This document shows positions 1 through 8,631 of a DNA stretch of 64,000 bases, piece after piece. Each line of letters opens with the position of its first letter. Position 1 is the first letter of the stretch. The notes under the pieces are model-generated. The model was given only the letters and a program-made list of their open reading frames with translations, was not told where the DNA came from and ran no database searches. Location of the stretch: NCBI GenBank assembly GCA_019057795.1, contig JAHLWS010000052.1, forward strand, positions 1 through 64,000, read 5' to 3'. Source of the DNA: Promethearchaeota archaeon. GTDB lineage: Archaea > Asgardarchaeota > Lokiarchaeia > Sigyniarchaeales > SOKP01. The translations under genes were made by a program, and so were the position numbers.

Positions 1-408
1 GCATTAAGAAAAGCACTGGTAAAATTTCCGTGGCTTCGCCCAATCCGTAGAATCGTGACTAAATTTTACTATCAATTTCGCCTCTCCCCTGCAAAACGAT
101 GTTCTTTAACCTTCTTATTAGGGCTTGTTTCAGAACGTTGTCATTCTTGGCTTAAAAGTGCCGTAGATACGCTAATAAGGTGTGAAGAACAAATCTTTCG
201 TTTCCAAGTGCTAATTGAGAAATATCCGGCGTTAAAGAACGTTAAGTCGATAAAAGTAGTTGATGAATCGACCATGAGAAAGATTAACAAACTGTATCAA
301 ACGCAGTTCGGGATGCGAACGGTTGAAACTCTGGAGATGAGACTTAAACACTATCTTGAGTGTCCTTTCATTATAGTTCCAAGCGTTTTGGAAGAATTAA
401 AAAGTTAG
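1..408 (+). mobile_element. 3' end of probable ISL3-family transposase (truncated by window edge)
   Basis: Frame is open from base 1 (ALRKALVKFPWLRPIRRIV...). C-terminal ESTMRKINKLYQTQFGMRTVETLEMRL resembles the ISL3 E-x-x-N-x-KIK-x(5)-YGFR motif. No terminal IR recognised. Confidence 0.55.
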
Positions 409-496
409 CTATTATTCAAAGATCATACTCAATAAAGTTATCAATTTTTTAGCATTAAAACTAAAATTGAAATAATAATTATTAATTTTGAAATAA

Positions 497-1093
497 ATGA
501 AAACAAAAGAAAAAATGAAAAAAGACTTTTCTGGAACATTATTCTTAGTTGTCGGAAACTCTGGTTCGGGTAAAGATTCTATTATCAAAGCTGTATTAGA
601 AAGGTATCCTTCTGATTTAAAAAGTATTCGTCTTACTCAACGATATATTACAAGACCTCCTTCTGAAACCGAAGACAATATATCAATTAAGCCAGGAGAG
701 TTCAGAGAAATGTCAAAACAAGGTAAATTTGCTCTGGAATGGCACATCTATGGTCTTGATTATGGGGTTCCGATAGAAATTGATAGTTGGTTAAAAAATG
801 GGCATCCCGTGCTCGTAAATGTTAGTCGAACAATTGTGAAAGAAGCTTGTGAAATTTATAGAAATTTAAAAATAATCTTTATTGAAGTTCCTTTTGAAAT
901 TACTTTAAAAAGGTTAAAAACCCGCGCCAGAGAGAGCGGAAAAAGATTAGAAGAAAGAATAGAAAGAGCAAAAAAGAATCAGAAATTTCCTGATGCTGAT
1001 TTTATTGTTGATAATTCTGAAAAATTAGAAAATGCAATTAATCAATTTTTAAACTATCTAGTAAGTGTGGTTAGAGGAAAAGAAATATTTTAA
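497..1093 (+). CDS. phnN: Ribose 1,5-bisphosphate phosphokinase (guanylate-kinase-like P-loop)
   Basis: GNSGSGKDS Walker A, RYITRP, FALEWHIYGLDYGVP and VNVSR motifs typical of PhnN. Confidence 0.8.
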   Translation: MKTKEKMKKDFSGTLFLVVGNSGSGKDSIIKAVLERYPSDLKSIRLTQRYITRPPSETEDNISIKPGEFREMSKQGKFALEWHIYGLDYGVPIEIDSWLKNGHPVLVNVSRTIVKEACEIYRNLKIIFIEVPFEITLKRLKTRARESGKRLEERIERAKKNQKFPDADFIVDNSEKLENAINQFLNYLVSVVRGKEIF

Positions 1094-1158
1094 ATTAACA
1101 AAGAACAAATTTTTTTAGAAAGGAAGATTAATTTTTATAACTTAATAAAAAAAATCAT

Positions 1159-1321
1159 GGCTCGGGTCGTATAGTGGTTAGTATTGGGGACAAATCTTGA
1201 GATTCTTTCGAGAATCCCCACTGTGAATCCCTAGAAATACAAGGGAATTCTCTTGTATTGGGGAAAGGGGGGTTCAATGTATTGTTGAATTTCTCAGCAG
1301 TATGAAAATCCCCCTCCGAGC
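1159..1321 (+). tRNA. tRNA-His(GUG) with three BHB introns (1192-1221, 1235-1265, 1279-1308)
   Basis: Removing three hairpin inserts gives GGCTCGGG TC GTATAGTGGTTAGTATT GGGGA CT GTG AA TCCCT AGAG GGGGG TTCAATT CCCC TCCGAGCC. Encoded G-1 can pair with C73. The T-stem/acceptor junction appears 1 nt short. Confidence 0.85.
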
Positions 1322-1445
1322 CCTCTTATAATTAATAAATTCAACTTTTTTACTTACCGTCTTTTTTATAACCTATAAAGTAGAAAATTAATATCTTTTA
1401 GTTAATTTACTTATTCAATTTTAGGATGGGGATTTATTTAATATC

Positions 1446-1898
1446 ATGGTTGAATTAGATCCAGACAAACTTCGAGATGTGCCAGGATGGAAAAATGCAC
1501 CTATTCACATATGTATGGATGCAGATTATCGAGGGTTAACTTTTTGCTGTAAACCAGGATTTTCTCTAACTTTTGGTTTTAAATGTAAGAGAGATGAAAC
1601 ATTAAAAGAGTTGGGGATAAGTCAAGAAGATTTTATTAAAATAAAGGAAGAGTTTTCAAAAGAGAATGACTGGGATTCTGATTTAGTTTGTTTTGGATCT
1701 ATTTCGTATTGCTGTATGCGAAGAGGAGGTTGCCCTAGAAGAGATCCTGCCTTAGAAGGGAGATATCCCGATAAAACTAAAGAAGAGTATATGAAAATAT
1801 ATTACGAAAAAAAAAAGCAATTAGCGAAAAAGATATTAGAATCGGTAAAAGATCCTCAAAATAAGAAAAAAGTTAGACCGTATTTGGATTTATTTTAA
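1446..1898 (+). CDS. Methanogenesis marker 9 (C-terminal Cys-rich) domain protein
   Basis: WKNAPIHIC...RGLTFCCKP...CFGSISYCC...C..RD pattern. Confidence 0.7.
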   Translation: MVELDPDKLRDVPGWKNAPIHICMDADYRGLTFCCKPGFSLTFGFKCKRDETLKELGISQEDFIKIKEEFSKENDWDSDLVCFGSISYCCMRRGGCPRRDPALEGRYPDKTKEEYMKIYYEKKKQLAKKILESVKDPQNKKKVRPYLDLF

Positions 1899-1963
1899 GT
1901 TAAAATTTAAAAAACATCTTTACTCTTTTAATTTAATAAATTTTATTGAGAACTTAACTAAGA

Positions 1964-2914
1964 ATGATCGTTTCTATTACCCATGAACATGATCTCGATG
2001 GATTGGGGTCACAAGCAATCATTCAACGATATTTCAATTTAAACAAAGAAATTCATCCAGATGAGATCAGATTTTTTTACGCTCATTACATTGATTTCGT
2101 TGAAAAAATTAGCAATATCTTAGATTCAGAATCTCTCCCTTCACAACTAATAATTTCTGATATAGGCTTTAACGAAGATTTTGTAGATTTGTTCTCTATT
2201 TTCAAAAATGCGAAAAAACAAGGATGTAAGATATTATGGTTCGATCATCACATTGTAGACGATTTAATAAAAAAAAAACTAAGAAATTTAGTTCACATTT
2301 ACTCAAATGACACTAAAAAATGTGCTGCTGAAATCATTAGAGATTATTATTTACCAGATGACCCCATAGCATCAAAAATTGCTGAATTTGCCAGAGACAC
2401 TGATTTTAGGACGGATATATATAAATTAGCGTCAGATTTGCAGTTAATTATCGGTTTTAACCGTGGAGCTCATAACGATCAAAATAAACATAGAATAGTT
2501 GAATTATTATCTCAAGGCGATTTTGAGAATTCTTGGTTTAGTTCCCAACTAAAGATTTTAAAAAAATGGCACGAAGATGAGTCTAATTTCGCTTTAAATC
2601 ACGCTAAATCTATTCCGATGGAATCTTTTGGTAAAATAATTATTTCATGGGCAAAAATTGGCGGAGGAAAAATAACCTATTTATTGAAAGAGAAATTTCC
2701 CGAAGCAAAAGCTCGTATTGGGATTGATACTCGACACAATGAAATTATTATCCATAGCGATTTTATTAACTGTAGGGATTTTGCGAGGACCTTTAAAGGA
2801 GGAGGTCATAAAGTTCGAGCTGGGTTTAAATATCCACAAATCTTCGAAAAGCCTAATGTATTGAACGCTGTCTTTATTGAAAGTATAAAAGAGAGTTTTC
2901 TTAAACAGACTTAG
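1964..2914 (+). CDS. DHH/DHHA1 phosphoesterase (NrnB/RecJ-like)
   Basis: HEHDLDG, ISDIG, FDHH, GGGHKVRAG motifs. Confidence 0.85.
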   Translation: MIVSITHEHDLDGLGSQAIIQRYFNLNKEIHPDEIRFFYAHYIDFVEKISNILDSESLPSQLIISDIGFNEDFVDLFSIFKNAKKQGCKILWFDHHIVDDLIKKKLRNLVHIYSNDTKKCAAEIIRDYYLPDDPIASKIAEFARDTDFRTDIYKLASDLQLIIGFNRGAHNDQNKHRIVELLSQGDFENSWFSSQLKILKKWHEDESNFALNHAKSIPMESFGKIIISWAKIGGGKITYLLKEKFPEAKARIGIDTRHNEIIIHSDFINCRDFARTFKGGGHKVRAGFKYPQIFEKPNVLNAVFIESIKESFLKQT

Positions 2915-2967
2915 TTAACTTTTTTTTTAACTTTAGATGATAAATTCTACTTTCTTTATAGCTATCG

Positions 2968-3384
2968 TTAGTATGTGTTAATATTGCCAATAACTTTGCC
3001 TTCCGAATCCGTTTTAAAGATTCCTTTACTAGTATCAAGAAGAATTAATTTATTCCCCCAAGGATCTTTTACTATAACACATTTTCCTATGGAAATTTCG
3101 AAGGGGGCGGTTATAATAGATCCACCTGCATTCACAAATCGCTTAGCGGCAATTTCAGCCGAATCAACAGTGAGATCCACCTCAAATTCATCAGGTTCTG
3201 TGTGTATCACCAATTCTGCCTTACTCTCGGGAATTCGTAAACCAACACTAGGTTCTGTGCGCCAAATAAGTTCATGGCCAAGGGAGTCTCTATAAAATTT
3301 AAGGCCAGATTCAAGATCTGAAACGGGTATCCTAATGCAATCTACTTTTCGAATTAAGCTCTTTTTTTCTGATTCATCAACCAT
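2968..3384 (-). CDS. VOC/glyoxalase family protein
   Basis: IPVSDLESGLKFYRDSLG and VKDPWGNKL motifs. Confidence 0.85.
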   Translation of the reverse strand: MVDESEKKSLIRKVDCIRIPVSDLESGLKFYRDSLGHELIWRTEPSVGLRIPESKAELVIHTEPDEFEVDLTVDSAEIAAKRFVNAGGSIITAPFEISIGKCVIVKDPWGNKLILLDTSKGIFKTDSEGKVIGNINTY

Positions 3385-3720
3385 TTTATCATCTTATTGA
3401 ATAATTATAATGGATATAATATTGAGATGTTAATTAGAATCTCTTGGATTAGCAAGTCATTATGCAACTCTTCAATTAAATTATACTATCAAAGTTGATT
3501 TCTGAGATTAAAAAACATATTCAATGTCATTAAATCAAGTTGATAATTTCTTAACTATGGATTTCTTTTTTCTGTTATAATTTCTATAAAATTCCATTTT
3601 TTCTTAAATTAGTGATTAATTCCTTTCTTTTATTTAAATAAATACCTATTTAATGAAAAAATTTTTAATTAAAGTTGATTTATATTTTTTAGTTAGTAAA
3701 TTAACTATCCCAAATGTTTC

Positions 3721-3739
3721 GTGAATTTATAAAATTCAC
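3721..3739. promoter_or_regulatory. Perfect inverted repeat GTGAATTT-ATA-AAATTCAC, candidate regulator operator
   Basis: 8-bp arms with 3-nt spacer in the divergent intergenic region upstream of the inositol operon. Confidence 0.35.
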
Positions 3740-3905
3740 CGATGATTTTATTCATAATCTTAAAACACCCTAAATCATTGATCATATAGCTTAAAGGATT
3801 AATGAATTTAATTAAATTTTTCGTGTAGTAATGTAAAAACATTTCTTAATTAAATAATAAAGGTTTTAGTTATACCTAACAAGTTTAAAAAGGAGGCATA
3901 GAAAA

Positions 3906-4721
3906 ATGGAGGGATTAATCCTTGCAGCTGGTTGTTCTAGTCGATTTAATTCAACGGATAATGCATTTAAAAAATATTTATTAAAAGTAAATAATTCGAA
4001 TATTCTAAGTTATATTATTACTGGAATGATTAAAACTGGAATTAGTAAAATCAATATTATAGCTAGTAAAATTTCAAATAAATCAAAATATAAACAAATT
4101 CTCTTAAATTCCATAGGAGAACTAGGAATTGATTTTAAAAATTTTAAATTAAATATAATTGAAAATAGAACTCCAAAAAGGGAAAACGGTTATAGTCTTT
4201 TTTTAGGTTTAAATGCAATCTCCTCTGAATATACATTATTATCAATGGCAGACCACATTTTCTCAGAAAACATTTTTTCTCAATTGGTAATGAACTATCA
4301 CAGATATGATATTCTCTTAGCTACAGATCCCATACATTTAAAAGACCCTTATAAATTAGAAGATGCTACTAAAATATACGGATTTAATTCTTTTATTACC
4401 AATATTGGTAAAGAGATACCTAAATATAACCGATTAGATATGGGAGCTTTTCTATTAAGGACGAAAGCTATTCGTAATATTTGTCAGGAAATAAAATTAA
4501 ATACTTATAAATTTGGAGTAACAAATGTTATTCTTTTAGCTATTGAATCAGGACTTAATGTAAGTTATTTTGATTTTCCAAATGTCTTTTGGTTAGATGT
4601 AGATAATCCTTCTATATATCATCAATTAAAAGAATGTTTTCGCGAATCTTCTAATTTACATCCTTTTGGTTTATTCCCTCAAAAACATACCTTTTATAAA
4701 GATAAAAAAGAAAAAACGTGA
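3906..4721 (+). CDS. Inositol-1-phosphate cytidylyltransferase-like NTP transferase (IPCT)
   Basis: LILAAGCSSRF, ENGYSL, MADH, EDATK, WLDVDNP motifs; GGAGG SD upstream; overlaps next gene. Confidence 0.75.
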   Translation: MEGLILAAGCSSRFNSTDNAFKKYLLKVNNSNILSYIITGMIKTGISKINIIASKISNKSKYKQILLNSIGELGIDFKNFKLNIIENRTPKRENGYSLFLGLNAISSEYTLLSMADHIFSENIFSQLVMNYHRYDILLATDPIHLKDPYKLEDATKIYGFNSFITNIGKEIPKYNRLDMGAFLLRTKAIRNICQEIKLNTYKFGVTNVILLAIESGLNVSYFDFPNVFWLDVDNPSIYHQLKECFRESSNLHPFGLFPQKHTFYKDKKEKT

Positions 4722-6109
4722 AGAATATGAAAGTGCTACAGAATTATATTCAAAATATGAGAAAAAGTCAAAATATAGATAATATAATGGGTATTATTTT
4801 TTTACCAAAAAATCCATTATTTTTCAAAAATCAACCTTTTTATATAAAAAAATTATGTGGAGTTTCGATTTTAGAAAGAAATATTAATGTTTTAATTAAA
4901 AATGGAATAAGAGATATATTTATTTTATCAGAAAGTTCAGTAGATTTTAATAATGAAATGAATTTTGATAGTAAGAACTTTGTAAGAATCATAAAGATTA
5001 GCTATCTTCATCATGTTAAAGAACATTTTAATCAAAAGAAATTAATTAATTCTATGAAATACATTGCCGTTGTTTTAGATGGTGGAGTTTTAATCGATGA
5101 TAGAATTGTTTCTTCATTATTAAATTATGGAGAAGATATTATATTCATAAAAGGTAATAATATTCATTCAAACCATACGGATAAAAATCGATCTAATATT
5201 TTAGGAGGTAAAATCAACCTTAGATCCAACGAATATATTTTTGAAAAAAAGATAGGTTCTTTTCATGACTTTTTCAATTCTTTAATATTTAATAAAACAA
5301 TCTATCATTCCTCAGATGAGATTTCTACCTATGAACCAGATATGAGAACAGATGTACCTCTTTATATTTATTCATTTCGTGATTATCAAGATTTTAAGTC
5401 CGCTAAAAAGTTTCTTGTAAAAAGAACACAAAAGGGAACATTGGACTTAATTGCATGGTATTTTAATAGACATTTTGAAAATATTTTTGTTTATCTATTT
5501 GCTGATACTAAAATAACCGCCAATCATATTACGATACTTGTAAATATATTAGGATATTTTGTCTTATTCTTATTTTTAATACAATATTGGTGGATTGGTC
5601 TTTTTCTATTAATTTTAGTAAACATTCTTGATGGAGTTGACGGTAAACTAGCTCGTTTAAAAAACCAAGAGAGTACAGTTGGTCATATTGAACATTCATT
5701 TGATCAATTATATGAACAGGCAATATATGTAGGTATAGGTCTTACCTCGTACTTTATAATTGATCAATTTTTTGTCATTATAACATTAATTATAATGCTA
5801 CTTTCTGATTCATTCAATCGGCATTGTTCAATGCAGTATAAAGAAGTAATGAAAATAACTTTGGCAGATAGCAGTAAATTTGATCAATTATTTAGAAAAT
5901 TTGATGGAAGAAGAAATATATTTACTCTTCATATCTTGATTTTTGGAATTTTTGGTCATTTTGAATTTGTTATTTTTTCAATTTGTATTCACGCAATCAT
6001 CACAAGTATAATTTATTCTATTCAAGCAATTAAACACATGAAGAAAGTGGATAACTTGATTATTAATAAAATTACAAAAAACTTTAAAGAGGGATCTTTC
6101 AATGAGTAA
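4718..6109 (+). CDS. CDP-alcohol phosphotransferase (DIPP synthase-like) with degenerate N-terminal NTP-transferase domain
   Basis: TANHIT and DGVDGKLAR...G..EHSFD motifs; C-terminal TM helices. Confidence 0.75.
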   Translation: MKNMKVLQNYIQNMRKSQNIDNIMGIIFLPKNPLFFKNQPFYIKKLCGVSILERNINVLIKNGIRDIFILSESSVDFNNEMNFDSKNFVRIIKISYLHHVKEHFNQKKLINSMKYIAVVLDGGVLIDDRIVSSLLNYGEDIIFIKGNNIHSNHTDKNRSNILGGKINLRSNEYIFEKKIGSFHDFFNSLIFNKTIYHSSDEISTYEPDMRTDVPLYIYSFRDYQDFKSAKKFLVKRTQKGTLDLIAWYFNRHFENIFVYLFADTKITANHITILVNILGYFVLFLFLIQYWWIGLFLLILVNILDGVDGKLARLKNQESTVGHIEHSFDQLYEQAIYVGIGLTSYFIIDQFFVIITLIIMLLSDSFNRHCSMQYKEVMKITLADSSKFDQLFRKFDGRRNIFTLHILIFGIFGHFEFVIFSICIHAIITSIIYSIQAIKHMKKVDNLIINKITKNFKEGSFNE

Positions 6110-7259
6110 AATTAAAATTGCAGTTGCTGGACTTGGTAATTGTGCTTGTTCACTAATTCAAGGTCTTGAATACTATAAAAGTAAGAATCAAGACAATTGT
6201 ATTGGTTTAATGCATTGGGACATAGGGGGTTATAAGCCAGGAGATATTGAGGTTGTTGCCGCATTTGACATAGATCAAAGAAAAGTGGGAAAGGATGTTG
6301 CAGAAGCCATTTTTCAAACACCTAATTGTACTAAGATATTTTGCAGAGAAATTCCAAAGACCAACATTATCGTTAAAATGGGAAGAGTTTTAGATAGTAT
6401 TGCGGAGCATATGAAAGATTATGATGATAATTATACTTTTGTTTTATCTTCTCAAAAAGAATCTACAATGGAAGAATTAGTTCACGAACTTAAAAAATCT
6501 AAAGCGGATATGTTTATAAATTATTTACCAGTTGGTTCTGAAAAAGCTGCTAAATTTTACGCTGAAAGTGCTTTAGAAGCTGAAGTGGGTTTTATAAATT
6601 GTATTCCTGTCTTCATTGCTAGTGATCCTGAATGGAGCATCAAATTCGAAAAGAAAGGAATCCCAATAATCGGAGATGATATCAAATCTCAGATAGGAGC
6701 TACTATAGTTCACCGTGTTTTAACTAATCTTTTCAAAAAGAGAGGAGTAAAGCTAATGCGAACATATCAACTCAATACAGGAGGAAACACAGACTTTCTT
6801 AATATGCTTGATAGAAGTAGGTTAATCTCTAAAAAAATATCTAAGACTGAAGCTGTTCAATCACAAACAGCAGTTCGTTTAAGCAATGAAAATATTCATA
6901 TAGGCCCAAGTGACTGGGTTCCTTGGCAAAAAGATAATAAACTCAGTTTTATCCGAATGGAAGGTAATATTTTTGGAGATATTCCCATTAACCTCGAACT
7001 ACGCCTTTCAGTTGAGGATTCACCAAATTCTGCAGGGATTGTAATAGATGCTATAAGATGCTGTAAACTAGCACTTGATAGAAATGAAGGTGGGGTTTTA
7101 TATTATCCTTCTGCATACTTTACAAAACACCCTCCAATACAATACACCGATGATGAGGCATATCGCTTAACAGAAGAGTTCATCAATGGAAACTTGGATA
7201 CCGCTAAACACTCAATTAAAAAAGCGGTCAAATTAAATGAACAAGGTACCAATAACTAA
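6102..7259 (+). CDS. ino1: myo-Inositol-1-phosphate synthase
   Basis: GLGNCA, NYLPVGS, GDDIKSQ, QLNTGGNTDFLNM, EDSPNSAG motifs. Confidence 0.95.
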   Translation: MSKIKIAVAGLGNCACSLIQGLEYYKSKNQDNCIGLMHWDIGGYKPGDIEVVAAFDIDQRKVGKDVAEAIFQTPNCTKIFCREIPKTNIIVKMGRVLDSIAEHMKDYDDNYTFVLSSQKESTMEELVHELKKSKADMFINYLPVGSEKAAKFYAESALEAEVGFINCIPVFIASDPEWSIKFEKKGIPIIGDDIKSQIGATIVHRVLTNLFKKRGVKLMRTYQLNTGGNTDFLNMLDRSRLISKKISKTEAVQSQTAVRLSNENIHIGPSDWVPWQKDNKLSFIRMEGNIFGDIPINLELRLSVEDSPNSAGIVIDAIRCCKLALDRNEGGVLYYPSAYFTKHPPIQYTDDEAYRLTEEFINGNLDTAKHSIKKAVKLNEQGTNN

Positions 7260-7734
7260 TAACAAATAAATCTTTTTTTTTCTATAATATTATAATATGG
7301 GTGAGCTCTTAGATTCAATTAGTGTTTTTTACAATTTAAAAAACAATTATTATAAGGTTGATATATGAAATAAATATCTTATATCTCAAATCGTTATTTT
7401 CTACACGAATTTATTAGAAAATTTCTCTTTTATATATTTAATTTTCTATATTATTAAATATCCATCAATTATATTCCCGAATGGATAAAATTGAACTTTA
7501 TTCCCGATAAAATCTTCAGTTCCCTTTTGATTCTTCCTATAAATTTCTCGGCGATGATATACATCAACCATTTTACCATCTCATTAAAAAATAATAATAG
7601 ATTTGAATATAATATTCAGGTATGAATTAGAATAGCATTATTTGATATATAAAAGGGCGTGAAATTGGCGTTTCACGATCTTTTTATTTTAGGTTTCGAT
7701 TAATAGAAATAATATTAATATTTTTTAAAATTTC

Positions 7735-8439
7735 TTACTCGATTTCAATACTTGTTCCTTTTTCTTTTTCTTTTAATTTTTTCAACCTAATCTCAAGAAT
7801 TCCATTGGTATAGCGAGCTTTAGCGTAACCTGAGTTAATAGTATTTGGCAATTCTATCTCTTTGAAATATTTCCTCCCTAAAATATTTTTTTCGGTAGAA
7901 ATAGTTAGAGATCGGTTTGTAGCGTTTATTTCAATATCCTCTTTACTTACTCCCGGCATTTCAGCAATAACTACGATTTGGTCTTCCTCTTCATTCACTT
8001 CCACCAGTGGTTCTCTCGTCTTTCTTACTTTGGTCTCACCTGTAAGGGGTTCCTTTTCAATATTTCCGAACGAACCCATAATAGGTTTTCCGTCTGGGCC
8101 GATACCGATATTGAATCCATATATTATTGGCCCTTTAATTCCAAATTTAGATTTATTTTTCATAAATTCTTTTGTAAAATCTTCCGGTGAAAGCCCTTGT
8201 AAATCTTTCGGTAAATTTTTTGAGATTTGTTTAAAAATTTCTTTAAACATTTTCTGAAATTCTTTTGAATTAAATAATTTGGCAGGGTCTAAATTTCTGA
8301 AAGGGTTATTGGGGTCTCCAAAACCTTTAAATATATTAAAAAAGTCATTGTGTTCATCTTCTTCATCTTCATCTTCATAATCGTCTTTACCCGGCATAGT
8401 ATCACATCCTAGTATAATATATGTAGATATTAATTTCAC
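7735..8439 (-). CDS. hsp20: Archaeal small heat-shock protein Hsp20 (likely true start 8397, MPGKDD)
   Basis: GPIIYGFNIGIGPDGKP, REPLVEV, AEMPGV, YTNGILEI. Confidence 0.9.
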   Translation of the reverse strand: MKLISTYIILGCDTMPGKDDYEDEDEEDEHNDFFNIFKGFGDPNNPFRNLDPAKLFNSKEFQKMFKEIFKQISKNLPKDLQGLSPEDFTKEFMKNKSKFGIKGPIIYGFNIGIGPDGKPIMGSFGNIEKEPLTGETKVRKTREPLVEVNEEEDQIVVIAEMPGVSKEDIEINATNRSLTISTEKNILGRKYFKEIELPNTINSGYAKARYTNGILEIRLKKLKEKEKGTSIEIE

Positions 8440-8631
8440 TTAAATTTTTAAATATAGATTTAAATATAAATACTAAGCTAGAAACATAATAGCTTTTATT
8501 CTAGAAAAAATTGTTTAGTTTAATAAAGTTATTCCAATCAAAAAATTTGATACATAATATTAAAAGTAATTAAAAAATATTAAGTAGAGCTGATTTTTAT
8601 TTACTCAGAATTAAGTGACGACGACAAAGAA

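Noticed and set aside
7440-7590. Short minus-strand open frames in the ino1-hsp20 gap
   Set aside because: Under 50 codons with no recognisable motif.
8499-8506. TTCTAGAA heat-shock-element-like palindrome upstream of hsp20
   Set aside because: An 8-bp AT-rich palindrome is expected by chance in this composition.
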